Assembly: GCF_963676685.1 (NCBI RefSeq)
Contig: NC_092346.1
Coordinates: 63,054,001-63,118,000 of the forward strand
DNA: 64,000 nucleotides
From: Mytilus edulis
Taxonomy: Eukaryota
Reading direction: 5' to 3'
In this document: positions 47,569 to 62,593 of the stretch, piece by piece
Layout of the letters: each line of letters opens with the position of its first letter
Position numbering within the stretch: the stretch's first letter is position 1
Program-made: the position numbers and the translations under genes
Notes under the pieces: model-generated
What the model was told of the DNA's origin: nothing
The model's database searches: none
What the model saw: the letters and a program-made list of their open reading frames with translations, nothing else

Positions 47569-50500
47569 ATGGAATCCATAGATGCAAGGAGAAATCGCTT
47601 ATATGGTCCAGACAGGAATTTACGAGTGGAAGAAATCAGACGAAATTTATCTAAAAGTTGTGTTTTAAAGGAGGGAGAATATAATTTTACACCAAAAGGA
47701 CTTTCCAAAAGTGTATTCGGCACCAGTTATGAAACAGATTTTCCTGTAAGTTTATAACTTATGTGCATTCATTATTTATGAAAATGTTTTGCAGGTATAG
47801 TTTTACATTGTTTAATATATATTGAATCGTCAAATTACTCAAGTTGTATATTTTGTTAATAAATATAGTTGCTTATGATCCTGTTGACAAGTTTAATCAT
47901 TTTTATCATTGCGGAAAGCTTGGCCAAGTTATCAAAGTATTGAGACCCCCAAAATATATAATATCCATGACCCCGTAGGGATAAAAGGCTAACTATAGAT
48001 GAGAATTAAAAAAAAATGTAACTAAGCATTGAAAAAGGAGTGAGGAATATCAATTTTTGAGGGCTATCTCCAATTTTATGTCCAATAAAAACAAACAACA
48101 GCATAGCCAAACTTTAAAACGGTAGATCAAGAGTGTTTATCAAACGGTCCTTTTATATATCTTACTATATACGGTAACCGGATGAATGTACTCACTGTCA
48201 AAGGCCCTAGAGTGGCATGTTTTTGTTAACACTCTTGTCCTATAGGTTTGCAATGGATAGTTGTCTGACTTAGTTAATCATACCATATATTTTGGACAAT
48301 ATGTGGACAATAATGACCATTTAATCATGCAAAAGCGGCAGTTTCAAAAATAAGATGTAACTGCTGATTTGGATGCAAGATGTTAATTACAATTTTGTTT
48401 CTATATATATATCTACATTAACACACCCCTTGATTTCATTTTTTCTTTAATTTGGGAACTGAATCTTAAATACTGAACACAGTCATCATCAATTTATGTA
48501 TATTTCAGTGGAAACGAACTAATCATGATGAGAATGCTCGGGTAAAATACATTATGAGTTCATTGAGGGGTTTTCTGGTTTTGAAATTTTAGCTTCACGT
48601 TGCAATGGTGAAAGAGCACTTACGTCAGCATAGTCGATTGCACATTATGTCTGTTTATGATTACACAGTTTAGACTAAGTGATTGATATAGAATTTCAAA
48701 ACTTTTTTCATTTCTTCAGTGACATTCACTAGTGATTAATTATTTTTTATTTGATATATTCATTATGGTATCTTATGTCACATTTGTTCTTATCATGTAT
48801 TTGGTTAATAAAGAATTGAATTGTATTTTCATACAGGCTGTATTACATAATTTTAGATCATATCTTTTGTCAAACGTTAATAAACTTGTTTAATTAAATG
48901 GTATCTCTGATCAGGTGTCCATGACAGAACTAATTGTATTCTTTTCAAGGAGATTTAAAAATATCCTAAATTAAAAGTACTAAAAAGAATGTTACATAGG
49001 TTTTTTTTTATAACACAAGAATATCTTTTCAACACAGAGACCTAAACAATAGAAATGTATGTATACACTTTATCACCCGATGTGAAACATTTAATTAGAT
49101 AAAGACACATAAAGCAGCGGCACTATGTTTTAAGTTGTGGTGTTCCATACTTTTGCCCCTTATTTTCAGGTTAATATATGCTAGTAAAAATAAAGTAGTA
49201 TTTTTTTGGAATTGAAAGCGTTTTATTGGAACAATTCAGCAGAACAATTTAGAGCATGACATATTGTAAAGACATATGTCTTTTGATAAAAACTTTACAT
49301 TGACTCGCATATATCTTTTTGTTCTTATTTCGATGTTTTGCTTTCTCATTGAAGTATACCTACATCTCCTTTATATATAACATGTATACTATCCCTTCTC
49401 CTTGAATTAAAGAAAGCAAACAACAAAAGGACAGGTCCAAAAAAAATATTAAAACAAGAGCAAGCTATGCATGCAAGACATATATGTTACAATATCTTGA
49501 AGTAAACTCTTTCATGTATGTATTTTTTCAGGGACAGTCTTTGGACCCCAGTTTTTTCCCAGAAACAAAGGAACAGGTATGTTAATTGCTAATGGCTGTG
49601 TTTGTGATATATATAACTTTCACGTAAAATGGACAAAATTACCATGACTCGTCGCAGTATATACCGGCCGTAAATCACCAACAGGAAAAAAAGAACAAAA
49701 CACCCTCATCTAGTGAGTTATAGAATGTGACACGAATCACTCCTAAAGCCAATTACTCAAGAATCAGTTCTACGATCTTTTTACTTTATTAATATTTTCT
49801 TCTTTATGTTGTAACCTTTTTTTAATCATGTCAATACAATTATTTTGAAAAAGTGCAAAATTGCTGGAAAGCAAACATGAAGCTAGAGCTGGCATGTCAG
49901 TTACTGCTAGTAGTCCTTTGTTAATTTATGTATCATTGTCATTTTGCTAAGTTTATATTGTTACCCATTCTGACATCGTACTCCGGCTTCCTTTAAACTG
50001 AGTTTTACTGTACGTATTGCTGTGTGGTTTTTTTTTCCAACATTGGCTACAGGTATAAGGGAGGGTTGGTGTCTCACAAAACATGTTGAACCTCACCGCA
50101 GTTTCGCGCCTGTCAAAAATCAGGAGTCTCTGGCCTTTACTAGTCTTGCTTGCACTGGTGCTGAATTTTCGATTTGGTTTAAAAACCCATTGGTGGCCTT
50201 GGGCCGTTTTCTGCTTCATGCTTTGGTCAGGTTGTTGTCTCTTTAACACATTCCCCGTTTCCATTCTAAATTCTATAATATTTGAATTTTTATATTTTAA
50301 GCTTTCTCACCATTTTGAAATTGGAAACGACAGTGGTAAAAATGTTCCAATGGAGACATACAGAGACAGTACGACAAAAGCTGATTTCCTGACTAAACCA
50401 CCAAGTAAGGTTAGTATAAAAACGTGTTAAATTCCTGAATTTTCTTCCTTGTCAATCAAAATGTTTATTTGTTCCGCATCAAGTTAAATTTTCAAAACAC

Positions 50501-53500
50501 ACCATGCAGACAGCATAAATGAATGATCATCATACATTAGGCTTATTATTAAAGCCATGAGTTTGAGGTTTGTAATTGATCATAGTAAGGTTAAAGCTTT
50601 AATGGGATTGCCTTATTGTATACCACTTTCACGGACATATTTAAAGATACTTGATTTTCTAATTGACAACATATGAGTTATGTTTTTCAACCGACAATCA
50701 CATGAGAACCAGCTGTGCACTTCTTACCGGTTTTATTCTTTATTCATATTTGATTTGAAGCGGACATTAATCGCGAGCTTCTCATGAATAACGAAAGAAA
50801 GCTAGCATCATCCCTTTTTGACTCCTTTGTTACTTTACGTTACGCTAGACTGATGATGACCTATAACTAGATTTTCCAATTTTGGACATGATATGTTCAA
50901 TGCATCTATCAAAACGAAATTTAAATAAACAGATACAGTAAAATAAAAAACAAATGATATGGAATATCCATTCATGACACACAATCAGTTCACGAAGAGC
51001 AACAAAACACACAAAAAAAACCCCAAAGAAACCGCGCTTTTATTGCTGTTCTTCATCTCAAAGAAAACATTGAGGCCTTCCACCCGGTTAAGGTTGTCTG
51101 ATATCTTGACTTAAATCTAGAAATTGAAAATGAGGATTGGTTGAAGACCTCAAAACAATTAACCGAGGATATCCATAGGGGAAAAGGTCCATACATTCAT
51201 TATCCACGTCTTAAAAGAAATTCAAAATTGCAGAAATATGTTTTGTGTCATTGATAATAACTAATGATTTTATTTTTAGCCTGAGATGATACTGGATAGC
51301 AAGATAATAAATTGGCCTGTAAGTATATATGATCTTATTATATTAAATACTACATTTTTGTTATTTAAATCAGATTTTGGTCTATACAGTTGTAGCATTC
51401 CATTTTCTATTCCAAAACCTTGCTATAACTTTTTGAACTTTGCAATTTTCACAGCTTTCTAAATATCTGACCTTAAGTTTAACTTCATAGAAACCAGGTA
51501 TATCCTGAATCGTACATGTATCAGTTTTCTACATGCAAATTTTCAACATACCTTTAAAGCCTTTTAAGAAAGAAAAAAATGACCTTTGAACAGAGGTACT
51601 CCAAAAATAACCCCTGGTTTTCTGGAAATCTTAAAGTAGATTACTATGGAGCGCATGAATCCTGAATTTTTAATGCAAACTCACAGACCCATAATTTTGG
51701 CTCAAAATGGTCTGAATATATTTCTCTTTCACCAAAAGTTTCATTTCTGCAAATGTGTTGGTTAGTTAGGGTTAACAAGGACATCAAAAGCACTATTTTG
51801 TGTTAGAGAAGGGCTACTTTCACATACGTTCTAAATTTGAGGGATTATCGATGGTCTGACACCTTAATACTTTTTTTTATCATTGTTAAGCTAGCACTTT
51901 TCTAAATTGTTTCAAAAAAGTACTTTAAAGAAATGAAATGCAATATTCCAATTTTAAGGAATCTTTTTAATTTACGTGTCATCAATATGTCTATGACCTT
52001 CTGGCACTAAGTGTAATTATCTAGTCTTATCTATCCCACAACAGTATATACTTCAGATAATTTAAAAGATACACCTGTAAGTTATGTGTTTAATAATTGA
52101 TGTCATATATTAGTTCCTGCTACTACCATTACAATAGAAGAATCTTCAGTAAGATATCTGAACTTTTAACATACAATTGTTATCATTTGAACTATATCTA
52201 TTTTATTTTTTTAATTTCAGGATATGGCTCCAAGATATATGACCTCTAGAAAGATTGGAAATTCTGAGTACTCCAATGCTTATATCCCAGAGGTAGTTGT
52301 TGTAAAAAAATAAGAAGCACTTTAAGTATCACAGTCACCGAGGTCAAAACTAATCAGATATTGTACTCTATTTCTTTATAGACTCAATCCATTTTATATC
52401 ATTGTCCAAGTAACTTGATTTCAACATATTTGTCCGATATAATAAGATTTTGACTAAAGTTCAGACATTACATATGATGCACCAACTTGTATGAATTATA
52501 CTCCGATGATATCGCTTGTACAGTTTATTTGCAATACTTATAATTTAAGATATAAGAACGGAAAACAAAGAAAAGAAAAAATGGAATCGAAAAAATCAAA
52601 AGATCTATTATTATTGGTCAACTAGTTCAATTTCGATATAAAATAACTATTTTTCTATATGAAATTCTCAGAAAAAAAATTATAGATTTTTCAATATGAA
52701 ATTTTCTGAAAAAAAGGGTCTTTAATGAGTATTTTTCTTCTAACTTCAGTTTTTCAGGACTAATTCGTTGCCACCAAACCATCCTAGACTAAACACTTCT
52801 ATTATGAAACTACCACTTTCTGCCAAACATGTTCACCCACAACGAGGAACTAGTATAGCATTTGGAAGTGACGAGCCACAGTAAGTCAAAAAGAGTAAAA
52901 TTTAACCAAAGCTAAAGTTTATGACATGCTGTGAAAATTCTCTTTATTATCATGACAAAGTGAAAAATTTAAAATCTACTCCAAGTGAGTGAATTTCAAT
53001 TATAGATTGAAAGCAAACAATTTTTATTTAAAAAGTACTAGCTTTAACAGGATTAAACTAACCTTATGCATATAGGCATACAGTTAAAGGAAAGATATTC
53101 TCCAAATACTCCCAAAACAAATGTCTGCAATAATTAATATTTATATACTTTATGTATGCAGAGTATTTAGCGAATTTCAAAGAGCTTATGGTGTTGGTGA
53201 TGAACCTACAAGTAAAATGGAAGGATTAAATGATGGCAAAAACTCCGTTATCACAAACATGAAGCTGATGGAGAAAGAATCACATGTATTCAGAACAGGA
53301 GATTATGACAATATAGGTAAACCATTGATAGACCATGTGATTGACCTAGAGAGCATTATGTTACATTATAAACCTTGTGATTGACCTAGAGAGCATTATG
53401 TTACATTATAAACCTTGTGATTGACCAAGAGAGCATTATGTTACATTATAAACCTTGTGATTGACCAAGAGAGCATTATGTTACATTATAAAACGCCGTG

Positions 53501-56500
53501 GTGATATCCTATACTATTAAGACAAAGTTTTATGATGATGATAAAGATGCATCTCTGTACCGATAATGGTTGGTAATTATGATGATGAAGATTAATCACC
53601 GAAAAATAGATAGAATTATGATGACCAAGGGTTGTAAAAACTGCGTGTGAAGCAGTAGATAAAAGAATATATTAGATAGATAGATAGTATGATAAGCTGT
53701 TATAATTGTATTCAATAAACTTAGTTTTACCATAGTCTGGTTGGATAGATAGCAATACACAATAATTTTATGATATTTGATAAACAACATAAAGTTACCT
53801 TTGAAATATTATAGGCACAAAAGACAGAATTGTTTTGAATCGTAGACAAACCAATAATTAAGCCCACAAATAAGTACAACCCTGAAATTATACTTACCTG
53901 TAATTTACAACTCATGATCTGAATAGAGGATCGTGGCAAGTTACTACGTACCAAATCAAACGATTAATTGGAACAACTCTAACATATGAATAACTCTTAT
54001 GATGGGGGATATTGCCACTAAGTAAATGATATTTTATAATCACAATTACTGGTCTTAATATTTAAAATATACATATAAAAACCCGAGGAAATTTGGTAAG
54101 AAGGCTAAACTACTGAGCAAAGCTCCACACAATGTGAATGTAATGCGCAATAGGCTATCAGTAATGACAAAATACTATAAATAAAGGAATTCCATCATAC
54201 AATTGTTTTGGGTGTGTAACCAATTCAGAATTATTAAAAAAGATAATGAGATAGCCAGTAACTTTTATTGTTTTATTCTAGTTTTTTGAAACTTTGACGA
54301 AACCGATCCAGAATATTAACAAGCAATAATACATTTCAAAACATAATAGCAAATATCTTCATTTGGTCATTCAAGGGAAGGACTACTCAGCAAATAAAAC
54401 CCCCCCAAAAAAAAAACAACAAATGTTACACTCGAAATGAGGATTGTTGATGTTGGAGAAAGTAATAAAAAGTAAACATATCTAAATGTTGGTTCATTTG
54501 TTAGAAAAAATCAAATAGAAATACTCATTTGTAAAAGATATGATGAAGTGTTTTGGAAAATATCTTTATTTGGTTTCTTTCTCTTCTTTTTAAGTTGGCA
54601 AAATGAAATCAACTGTTAATGACGATTACGGACCTAGAACTCTTCCACCCGGAGAAGCAGCAATTCGAAAAGCAAAACTTTCAGAGTAAGTAAAACAAAA
54701 TATACAGAGGAAATTGACCTGAACAAGAACTTTTATACGAACAGCTAACAGCCCACTATGCAATGAACTGGCAAAACTAAGTTTATTGAATACAATTAAT
54801 GCTTTTCCCTTTTTTTTTTTAAATGATATGACATTTTCCTGTCGGATATCTGTATTAAATATTTGAATGTTGTCATATATTTGGTTGAGAACTTCAGACT
54901 TGTTAAATTCGTGTAAAAACTACAAATATTGCAAAAATAGACTTATTTTGAAATCTTGTTATTAGAACAGAAACATAAAATTCGCTTTAGAATTGAGTGT
55001 CCATATCCCCCCCCCCCCCAAAAAAAAAAAAAGGACTACAAAAAAACCCCACCAGATATATCAAAGTGTCAATGTAAATATTTTGAATAATTGAATGTTT
55101 GCATAAAGTTATCAGACGAACAACTCGATAGTCAGCACTTTGTGTCGATAGGAATTATCATAGATATGATGTAAATTTCGAATTAACTGTTTAAAAACTT
55201 TAAATTTTTCAAAATACTAAGATGTTCTATCCAACATATAAATAATTTGAGCGTCAATTGAATTGGCAAAATCTTTCGAATGTTTGGTTCTCAATGCTCT
55301 TCAACTTCGTGCTTTATTTGGTCTTTTTCGCTTTACTTTATTCGAGTATCACTGATAAAACGTTTTTATTTAAACGAAACGCACGTCTGGTGTATACGAT
55401 TTCCTGCTGGTATCTTTGATGAGTTATTTTTTTTTAAAGTTTACCAATGGTAATGATTTGTATTATAACATTAATTTTGTGTCATGTTAAAAACCGAAAA
55501 TACAAACAGGAATGATATTTAATTTAACAAAATGAAAGTACCCTCTTCCCAACAGACAACTGGTACATGAAATATAGAATAATGAAAAAAACTTCCATAA
55601 TACTAAATCCTACTTGAAAAGGAATTTTCATATTTGAATTTAGTTCTTAAAATGTGTATTAATGATTCATTTCTGTTTTTTATTAAGGTCTATGAGTGTA
55701 TTTTTTAATCTAGAGCAATGTACTCTTCTAAGCACAAATCAACAACATAAATGTAGAATTAATGAAATGGACTTCCTTAACGCAGCTGTCAAATTGACAA
55801 GAAATAAATCTACGCAGTTGAGAATTGTATTTTTTAAAGATGATTTCAAAGGGCATTACGTGACTTTTGAAAAAAAAATTATTATGCTGTTATTGCTGAA
55901 TTTTTGCTTTCTACCCCTTGGAAGTTTTTATTTTCAACTTTTCTTTTGATTTGACCTTCCATTTGTTTCGATTTTAGCGCCACTTATGAGGTTTATGTGA
56001 TTGGAACGCACATTTGGTGTAACAATCAATTTTAAGTTGTGTATCTTTGATGTGTCATATCAAACATCTATTAAAACATAACCAAAATGAAAAACGAAAA
56101 TTGATGAATGCATTTAAATCAAAGCAATATTTAAAAAATGTTTCAAGGAACTTTTTTTTCATATTACTAGCCTATAATGTGTTATTTCTAACATTTCATT
56201 AGCTTTTCTAACTTTTATACACATCAGAATTAAGGAGGATCCAGAAAAGAATGAGACAGAGGAGGACAGTAATCAGTTAGCAGAATATGCCAGACAAGTT
56301 ATTGTTCCTAATGTTTTCAAAGGTTTGTGTTCATATACTTATGAATACGCGTATATCACTTTATCTTATTCTAAAAGGACAGACAGTCTAATCCATAATT
56401 CTTTGTAAGTTCTGTCCATTTGTGTAGTAATCTCTGTCCTTTTCCATTTATCATTGAATTTTGTTAAGCTCCATGGTCTCTGGTTTTTTTTCAGAAACTA

Positions 56501-59500
56501 TTTCCAGTACTTACATACATTTTATGAGATAAAAATATACTATTTACGAAAGTATGTTCTATAAGTGAGCATTTCTATTAATTCTATATTAAAATGATTA
56601 TATCTATTTACAGATGCGGGAGACGGCAAAATATACCAAACGTCAGCCCACTTCCACGTAAGTAGTACAATTCCCAAAACAAAAAACTATGGAAAGCCAA
56701 AACCATTAAATAATTCAAATTTTGACAATTTTGATTTATATATTTTACTTGTTTATGTAGACAAAAATGAGTATCATTTCTTAATTTCATTTTGTTAACA
56801 CTTTGTCAATCAGATAAGAAATATAGAAACACTTTTACAATCCTAGGATTAATAGTTTTAAAATATAAAAAATATACCATGAGGTATTCCGAAAACATTT
56901 TTATAAGTACACAATAATCTGCAAAGCATCACACAAAAAAACTTAAGATTTCTTCGTAATCAGGACAATGATTGCCTTTTGTCTTGAAATTAAGATTAAC
57001 TGTACAGTTCATTTACGCTGTTTGTAATTGTAATTAATGATAGGTTAACATAATTTATATAGCATTGATAATATACTGATGTTTAAAATTGGTTTTTGTT
57101 TTGTTAGTTTGGAACCGATCCTGATACATCACATTCTATATACAACAAGGACTTCATATCCAGATCTATGACAACACGTGGTCCTCCCAGTAAAATGATA
57201 ACAGCTGATGCTGGCAGCGTAAGTTTGTTTTTATATATGATACATTTGTTTTAAATTAGATTAACTTCCGAATATGTTATTGTTTCTTATTAACCGACTT
57301 ATAATACGTGTTTTGAATTGAAAAAAATATTGGCTATTTATATTTATGAATCATACTATTGATGCTTTCTTGTTTAATTGAAGATTTCATTTATTGTTTG
57401 ATTGGTAAATAATAGTGGAAATTTTAAGCGAGATTATTTTCTAAATAAGCTTTGTTTCCTATTTATTTTCAGTTATTCCACAATGATCCTTCGTATTTAA
57501 GAGAACCTACTACATCAAACAAAACAGATTTTAGTTACACTCCTGCTATGCCATGGAAGGTAATTACAATTATCAATAGAATAAATGAATAGAACTTCTC
57601 GAGTAAAAATTAACACTTGTTTGGTTGGACTATAAGGCCATACGCCTGACGCATTTGAAAATTGTTGTGCAAAGTACGATTAAGCCAATCTATTCCTTGG
57701 AGAATAAATATTTTGTTGATGCAAATAATTCAACATTTCATAAACAGTAAATTTACACAAAATGAGCAAAACAGCAAAATCAAAAGCTTAAAAAACTTCA
57801 AACTAATGGATAACAACTGTCATATTCCTGACTTGTTAAACGCATAAATGATATTTCTTGTCAACACACAAATGCTGACTACTAGGCTGGTGATAACCTT
57901 GGTGGTATTAGCCTTATAATTAAGCTTTCGTTTATTTTATTTGTTCCCCTTATACGATCTATATCATTTTTTTTTCTGACGGTCTCTCTTTAGTTGCATG
58001 TATGAGTTTGATCCAGTTTTTCCAACTGATGAGTGTTTTCTTAAAAATGATAATATTATAAATACCATGATTAAAATTGTGTACGCCAGACACATGTTTC
58101 GTCTACAAAAAAATCGTCAATGTCGCTCGAATCAAACATGTCTAAAAGATGCATTGTATTTCCTACGAAAAGAGCAGATGAAGACTCAAACAGAAAACTC
58201 TTAACGAAACAATAAATTGTAAGATAAACTCACACACCAGTAGTGAGTGTGTAACAACGACACCTTATCTCTCTTTAAAATTAATGCTGTCATCACCATT
58301 TCATAAAGTAAATTAATATTACATATAAACACATAACACTTAACAGTAAACAACATATTAAGAAAAACAAATATCACAAAAAATGTTTGACCCATTATAA
58401 CATCAATCATACTCCTTAATGTGAACGTTTGTTTCTTCTTTTTTTTCAGTACAAAAAAAAGACAAGGCTTATCAAAATAAAAATACAGACAGCGTAAAAA
58501 CGTCTGTTGAATACAATTCAGAAACCCTTAAAAGCATAGGGATAAATCTGAGTTCCTGTTCCACTTCTTTTAAAAATTATGGACCTTCAAGTTTTTTACA
58601 ACTAGAAATTTCATAAAATTATACAATATGTGTGTTTTCTTCTTCAGAACTCTAAAGGACAGACAGCAATGGAAATGAACTTAGAAAAACGTGACACAGA
58701 CAACGTTATAATGAGCTTTGATCCAAATCGTCATACATTTGACAGACAGATCTCTTGTGAGTTATATTAAAAGTTAAACTTGAGACAAGAATCATGTCAT
58801 TCTTGCTTTTGACTTACCTATTTGTCAACCAAACAATGACATTCCTAAGGACTGGAGAATTTCTAAGGGGCCTCCTGTGTGTTTGTACTGTGTTTTTAAT
58901 TGAATTGTTCTACACAGTGCAGTTTTTTTTTCTTTCTCCAATAGATCTGTTGGAAGACATAGCTTCAGAACATTGCCCTGGGAATCAACAGTTTTAATCA
59001 GTACATATTACGTATCTTTTGTTTTAGATATATTGATACATTACAATAAAGGTATATTTTAAGTGCAAGGCTGTTGTAGAAAAGGAAAATAAGACGTTAT
59101 GAATTTAATGCGTCCGAAGCGATTTTCTGGATTTTCCTTCATCAGGAACGCGTAAAGCCGAAACAGTTGAAGAGCTTTATTATCAAAAATGACATGAAAT
59201 GATAGCTTAATTCCAGTCACGGCAAACTTTGTTTGAGGGAGTTGAAACTTTAGATTCTTGATAGTTTCAAAATTATTTATAAATGGGGGAATCTAGAAAG
59301 GCTTGTTGTTAATCATGTCAGTACAGAAGTACCAAATACTGAGCTGATGGTACTTCGTGTTTCACCTATCAGTTTGCTATCATTTTATAGATTATGAAGT
59401 TATGACAATCTTGTGAGCTCTGTATAATAAATACAATTTTTTTTATGAAAAGGTATTTTTGAATACAGTCCAATTTCGTTTAAGTTCCTTGCATGATCAG

Positions 59501-60843
59501 CCACCGTCTGCCATTGACAGGTTTTCTTCAATTCTTTCTGGTTTTTATATGAAATGGGTTCCACAAAAAAAAAATTCACCACGGAACAATTAGGCAGTAT
59601 CTTTTTTCTATCATAAAGTGCACACAAATACATCCGTATCAGGGAATATCAATCTGTTAGAACGAACAAGGAAAACAATACATATGTGCGAAAGATTTTT
59701 TTTATTCATATGAAAAAAAACCTATGTTTTCGTTATTACCCTTTTCTATTATCCTACAGTGGCACATGCAGATTACAAAGGTCCACCCAAGGGATACAAA
59801 CCGATGGAAGCAATGAAAAAGCCAAGAGTAGTTTTTGACTACTTAACACCTAATGATGCCTTACCTTATCCTGGACTTGTGGACAGAACATCAGAAGCTA
59901 AGGTACATACAATTCTCAAATGCTTTTTAATTAGGAACATAGGAATCAATTCCAGAAAGAGCAGTTATTCTTCGAATTAGTATTAGGCCCGTCAGTATGA
60001 GAGAACGCAATTCACAGCCAATTTAAAAAAAAAAAAAAAAAAATATTAAATGAATAACTAGTAACTAGTTATCCGTCCTCAAGTCATTTCGCAGAAATTA
60101 TGATTTGCCCTCAAAGCCATGGTGAAAGTGTGTGTGTTCGATATGGAAAAGCAATTTAATCCGTTTGAACATTTAGTGATCATAGAATATGATATAAGGT
60201 AAAGCATGAATTGCCACTACTGATCGAATAATACTTGTGGCTAGTGCTAACTTATTCTAACATTAAAAAACTTGAGTGTAGAAATAATTATAGATACGAA
60301 AGCCCTTATTGCAAACTGTTGATAATTTAAGAGTGTTGAACACAGATCAATTTTATAGCCGATTCTGAATTCTAAAATTTGTACTTGAAGCTGTCAAACA
60401 TAAACTGTTAACATCGCCAATTGTTCTCGTTTCAGACGAACTTTAGTGGTAGTCTGATGGCTGGGCAGCATGCTGTTGGTAGACGCAGACAACAAGAAAA
60501 TGTATGCAGACAAAGATTGAATGAAGGCAAAGAAACACATTTCACGATTGGCTATCAGCCATTTGACTTCGCCTCCGAATCACAACTTCAATATCAAGGA
60601 GACCAGAAAAATGATGGACACATCCCACCTGCTGGGAAGACTGAGAAAAAACAAGAAGGAAAACCTTTCTTGCATTTCTTTGTCAGCCAAAACACCCAAG
60701 ACTTGAAAGCAAATGATCCATATACAGTAAATACTAATGAAAGTTTAAGAGCACGTGATAACCACTGTCGTCTGCCAGTGGAACATGCTATGAGGAACTC
60801 TGTAATGAAGTCAGATTTTACACCCCTTGAAGCAAGAACGTAA
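47569..60843 (+). CDS. TEX45/SAXO5-like repeat protein (probable axonemal microtubule-associated protein), 16 exons, ~615 aa
   Basis: Exons 47569-47745, 48509-48541, 49532-49576, 50302-50409, 51280-51318, 52221-52292, 52750-52880, 53162-53316, 54595-54685, 56228-56322, 56614-56657, 57108-57218, 57473-57559, 58648-58756, 59760-59902 and 60436-60843 join in phase (1848 nt). Recurrent S/T-H-F-x-(I/F)-G-x-D...S/T-x-x-x-x-D-(F/Y) units (SHHFEIGND..STTKADF; SAHFHFGTD..SIYNKDF; THFTIGY; TSIAFGSD; STVNDDY; SVMKSDF) resemble TEX45/SAXO5. The gene model is well supported; the family name is tentative. Confidence 0.65.
49880..50272. repeat. Interspersed repeat related to the SINE-like family
   Basis: Contains GCGCCTGTC..AATCAGGAGTCTCTGGCCTTTACTAGTCTTG and TTGTTGTCTCTTTAACACATTCCCCGTTTCCATTCT. 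It accounts for the overlapping spurious track ORFs at 49953-50264. Confidence 0.65.
53336..53492 (+). repeat. 40-bp minisatellite x ~4
   Basis: TGTGATTGACC(T/A)AGAGAGCATTATGTTACATTATAAACCT repeated at 53336, 53376, 53416 and 53456. Confidence 0.95.
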
Positions 60844-61180
60844 GTCATTGGTGATGCCAATTAGGATAGAAAGACTTTTACATATAGCTTTATTTAAGTG
60901 TGAAGTTAATAAAACATTGTTCTAATCATGTCAATAATTATGCAGTAGTTAGCAGACTGGCTAAACAATTATGTTATACTAGTATAGTTCATAACCTTTG
61001 TTTTCATGTTTTGAATGTATCAAGTACTGAGCAAATAATTATATGTAAATAAAACTTTTGGAAAAGATTCGCGTTCTTATAGATTATCGTTAATAATCTC
61101 AACGATATTGATGTTCCCGCTTGAGTCGGTACGGCGAAAGTGAGAAAATCAATTGAGTTGAGATAATCAATACTAATCTG

Positions 61181-62593
61181 CAGTGTTCTCCCCAGAAATT
61201 TTTGATAGCATCACATTTGGCGTAAAAAATAAATTGTATTTTTTTCAATGTAATTTGTCGCGTCGTGGTAATGCTCTATTTCCTTTATGTTATATACGTT
61301 ATTGTTTATTACAAAATGTATTATATTGTTTGTATGCTATAGGCCCTTTTTTGGTGAATAAAATATTCTATTCCACCCTATTCTTTGTATCTATATTGTT
61401 GAATTCATAACTGAGAATACAATTAAACTAAAACCATGATAACAGTATTTTCAGTTTATGTTTTCTATATTCATTTATAGTTCCAGAAATTTTTTTTTTC
61501 CTCTTGGGCCAAATAAAAATATATGTGTATAGATACAATTGCACTAAATGTGTAGGAAAAAACACTGGTTTTTATAATAAAAAAAAAGGAAAAAGAAAGT
61601 ATCATATAGCAATAAAATTTAAATTAAAAAACTTTCTCTATCATGTCTATCAAATATATTGGTTCATGGTCCCAGTTGTTTTCTTTTATCAAAATGATAT
61701 ATATTTTTAACAAAGTTATCTAATTAATAGTCTGTTAATGCTTAGTTTTCTCTTTAGGTATTGTTTTCTGTCTACTGTGCCATTTGTGGATATGTAGTTA
61801 TCTTAAAATGCGGATTTTTGTCATATCTGGTCCGATTCCGATCAGTAGTTTACACTAAAATATTAAATGGCCGCCGAAAGCAATGAAAAATACGAAAATA
61901 AAACAATGTTTGACAAGAGATTGGGAATGAATATGGCGTTTTTAATGCATTAAATGGATGAAACACAAACTTAAGCCAATTATGATCACTTTCTGAAGAA
62001 AGTACAAAACTTATATAGTTCAAAATCAAAATTTTCACTCTCGACTTACAACTAGTAATAGGAAGAGAAAGAAAGTAAAACTAATATTTTGAGTAAGTCA
62101 TAAAAAGATAAGACTCAATCTCTTTTAAAAAGAGAAAAAAATGTTTGTTTCTTTGAATTTTCATTTTGCAAACATATATTTTGATTTATTTTATGATTTT
62201 CTGACTACAGTTTTCTCCTTGTCGAAATTTGCGATTGCATACCACGTGGTATTAATCATGTCACAAGTGACAGCTTGGGGTATTAGTATCCAACCAGTTA
62301 TCACCCAAAGGGCAATTAACACCTATGTAATAACTTTAAATTGCCTCTATTGTCCGACTTGAAGGGATTACAATTAACGGTGATATATTTTTTTATGATC
62401 ATAAGCGGTAATTAGATGAAAGTTCACAATTTAGGACATGGCTTTGCCATACAGAAACGAGAAAAATAACATCCTGAAAATAATTATAGCGTCGCGGAAA
62501 TTATTATAGCGTCGCGGATATTATTATAGCGTCACAGGAAGAAAATATAGCGTCGCGGTACCGCGACGCTAAAACGGCCTGGGGAGAACACTG
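61181..62593. mobile_element. Non-autonomous hAT-like element (1.4 kb) with 5-bp TSD
   Basis: 15-bp TIR CAGTGTTCTCCCCAG / CTGGGGAGAACACTG with ATCTG immediately on both flanks. Subterminal TATAGCGTCGCGG repeats and a 24-bp palindrome at 62548-62571. Confidence 0.85.
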
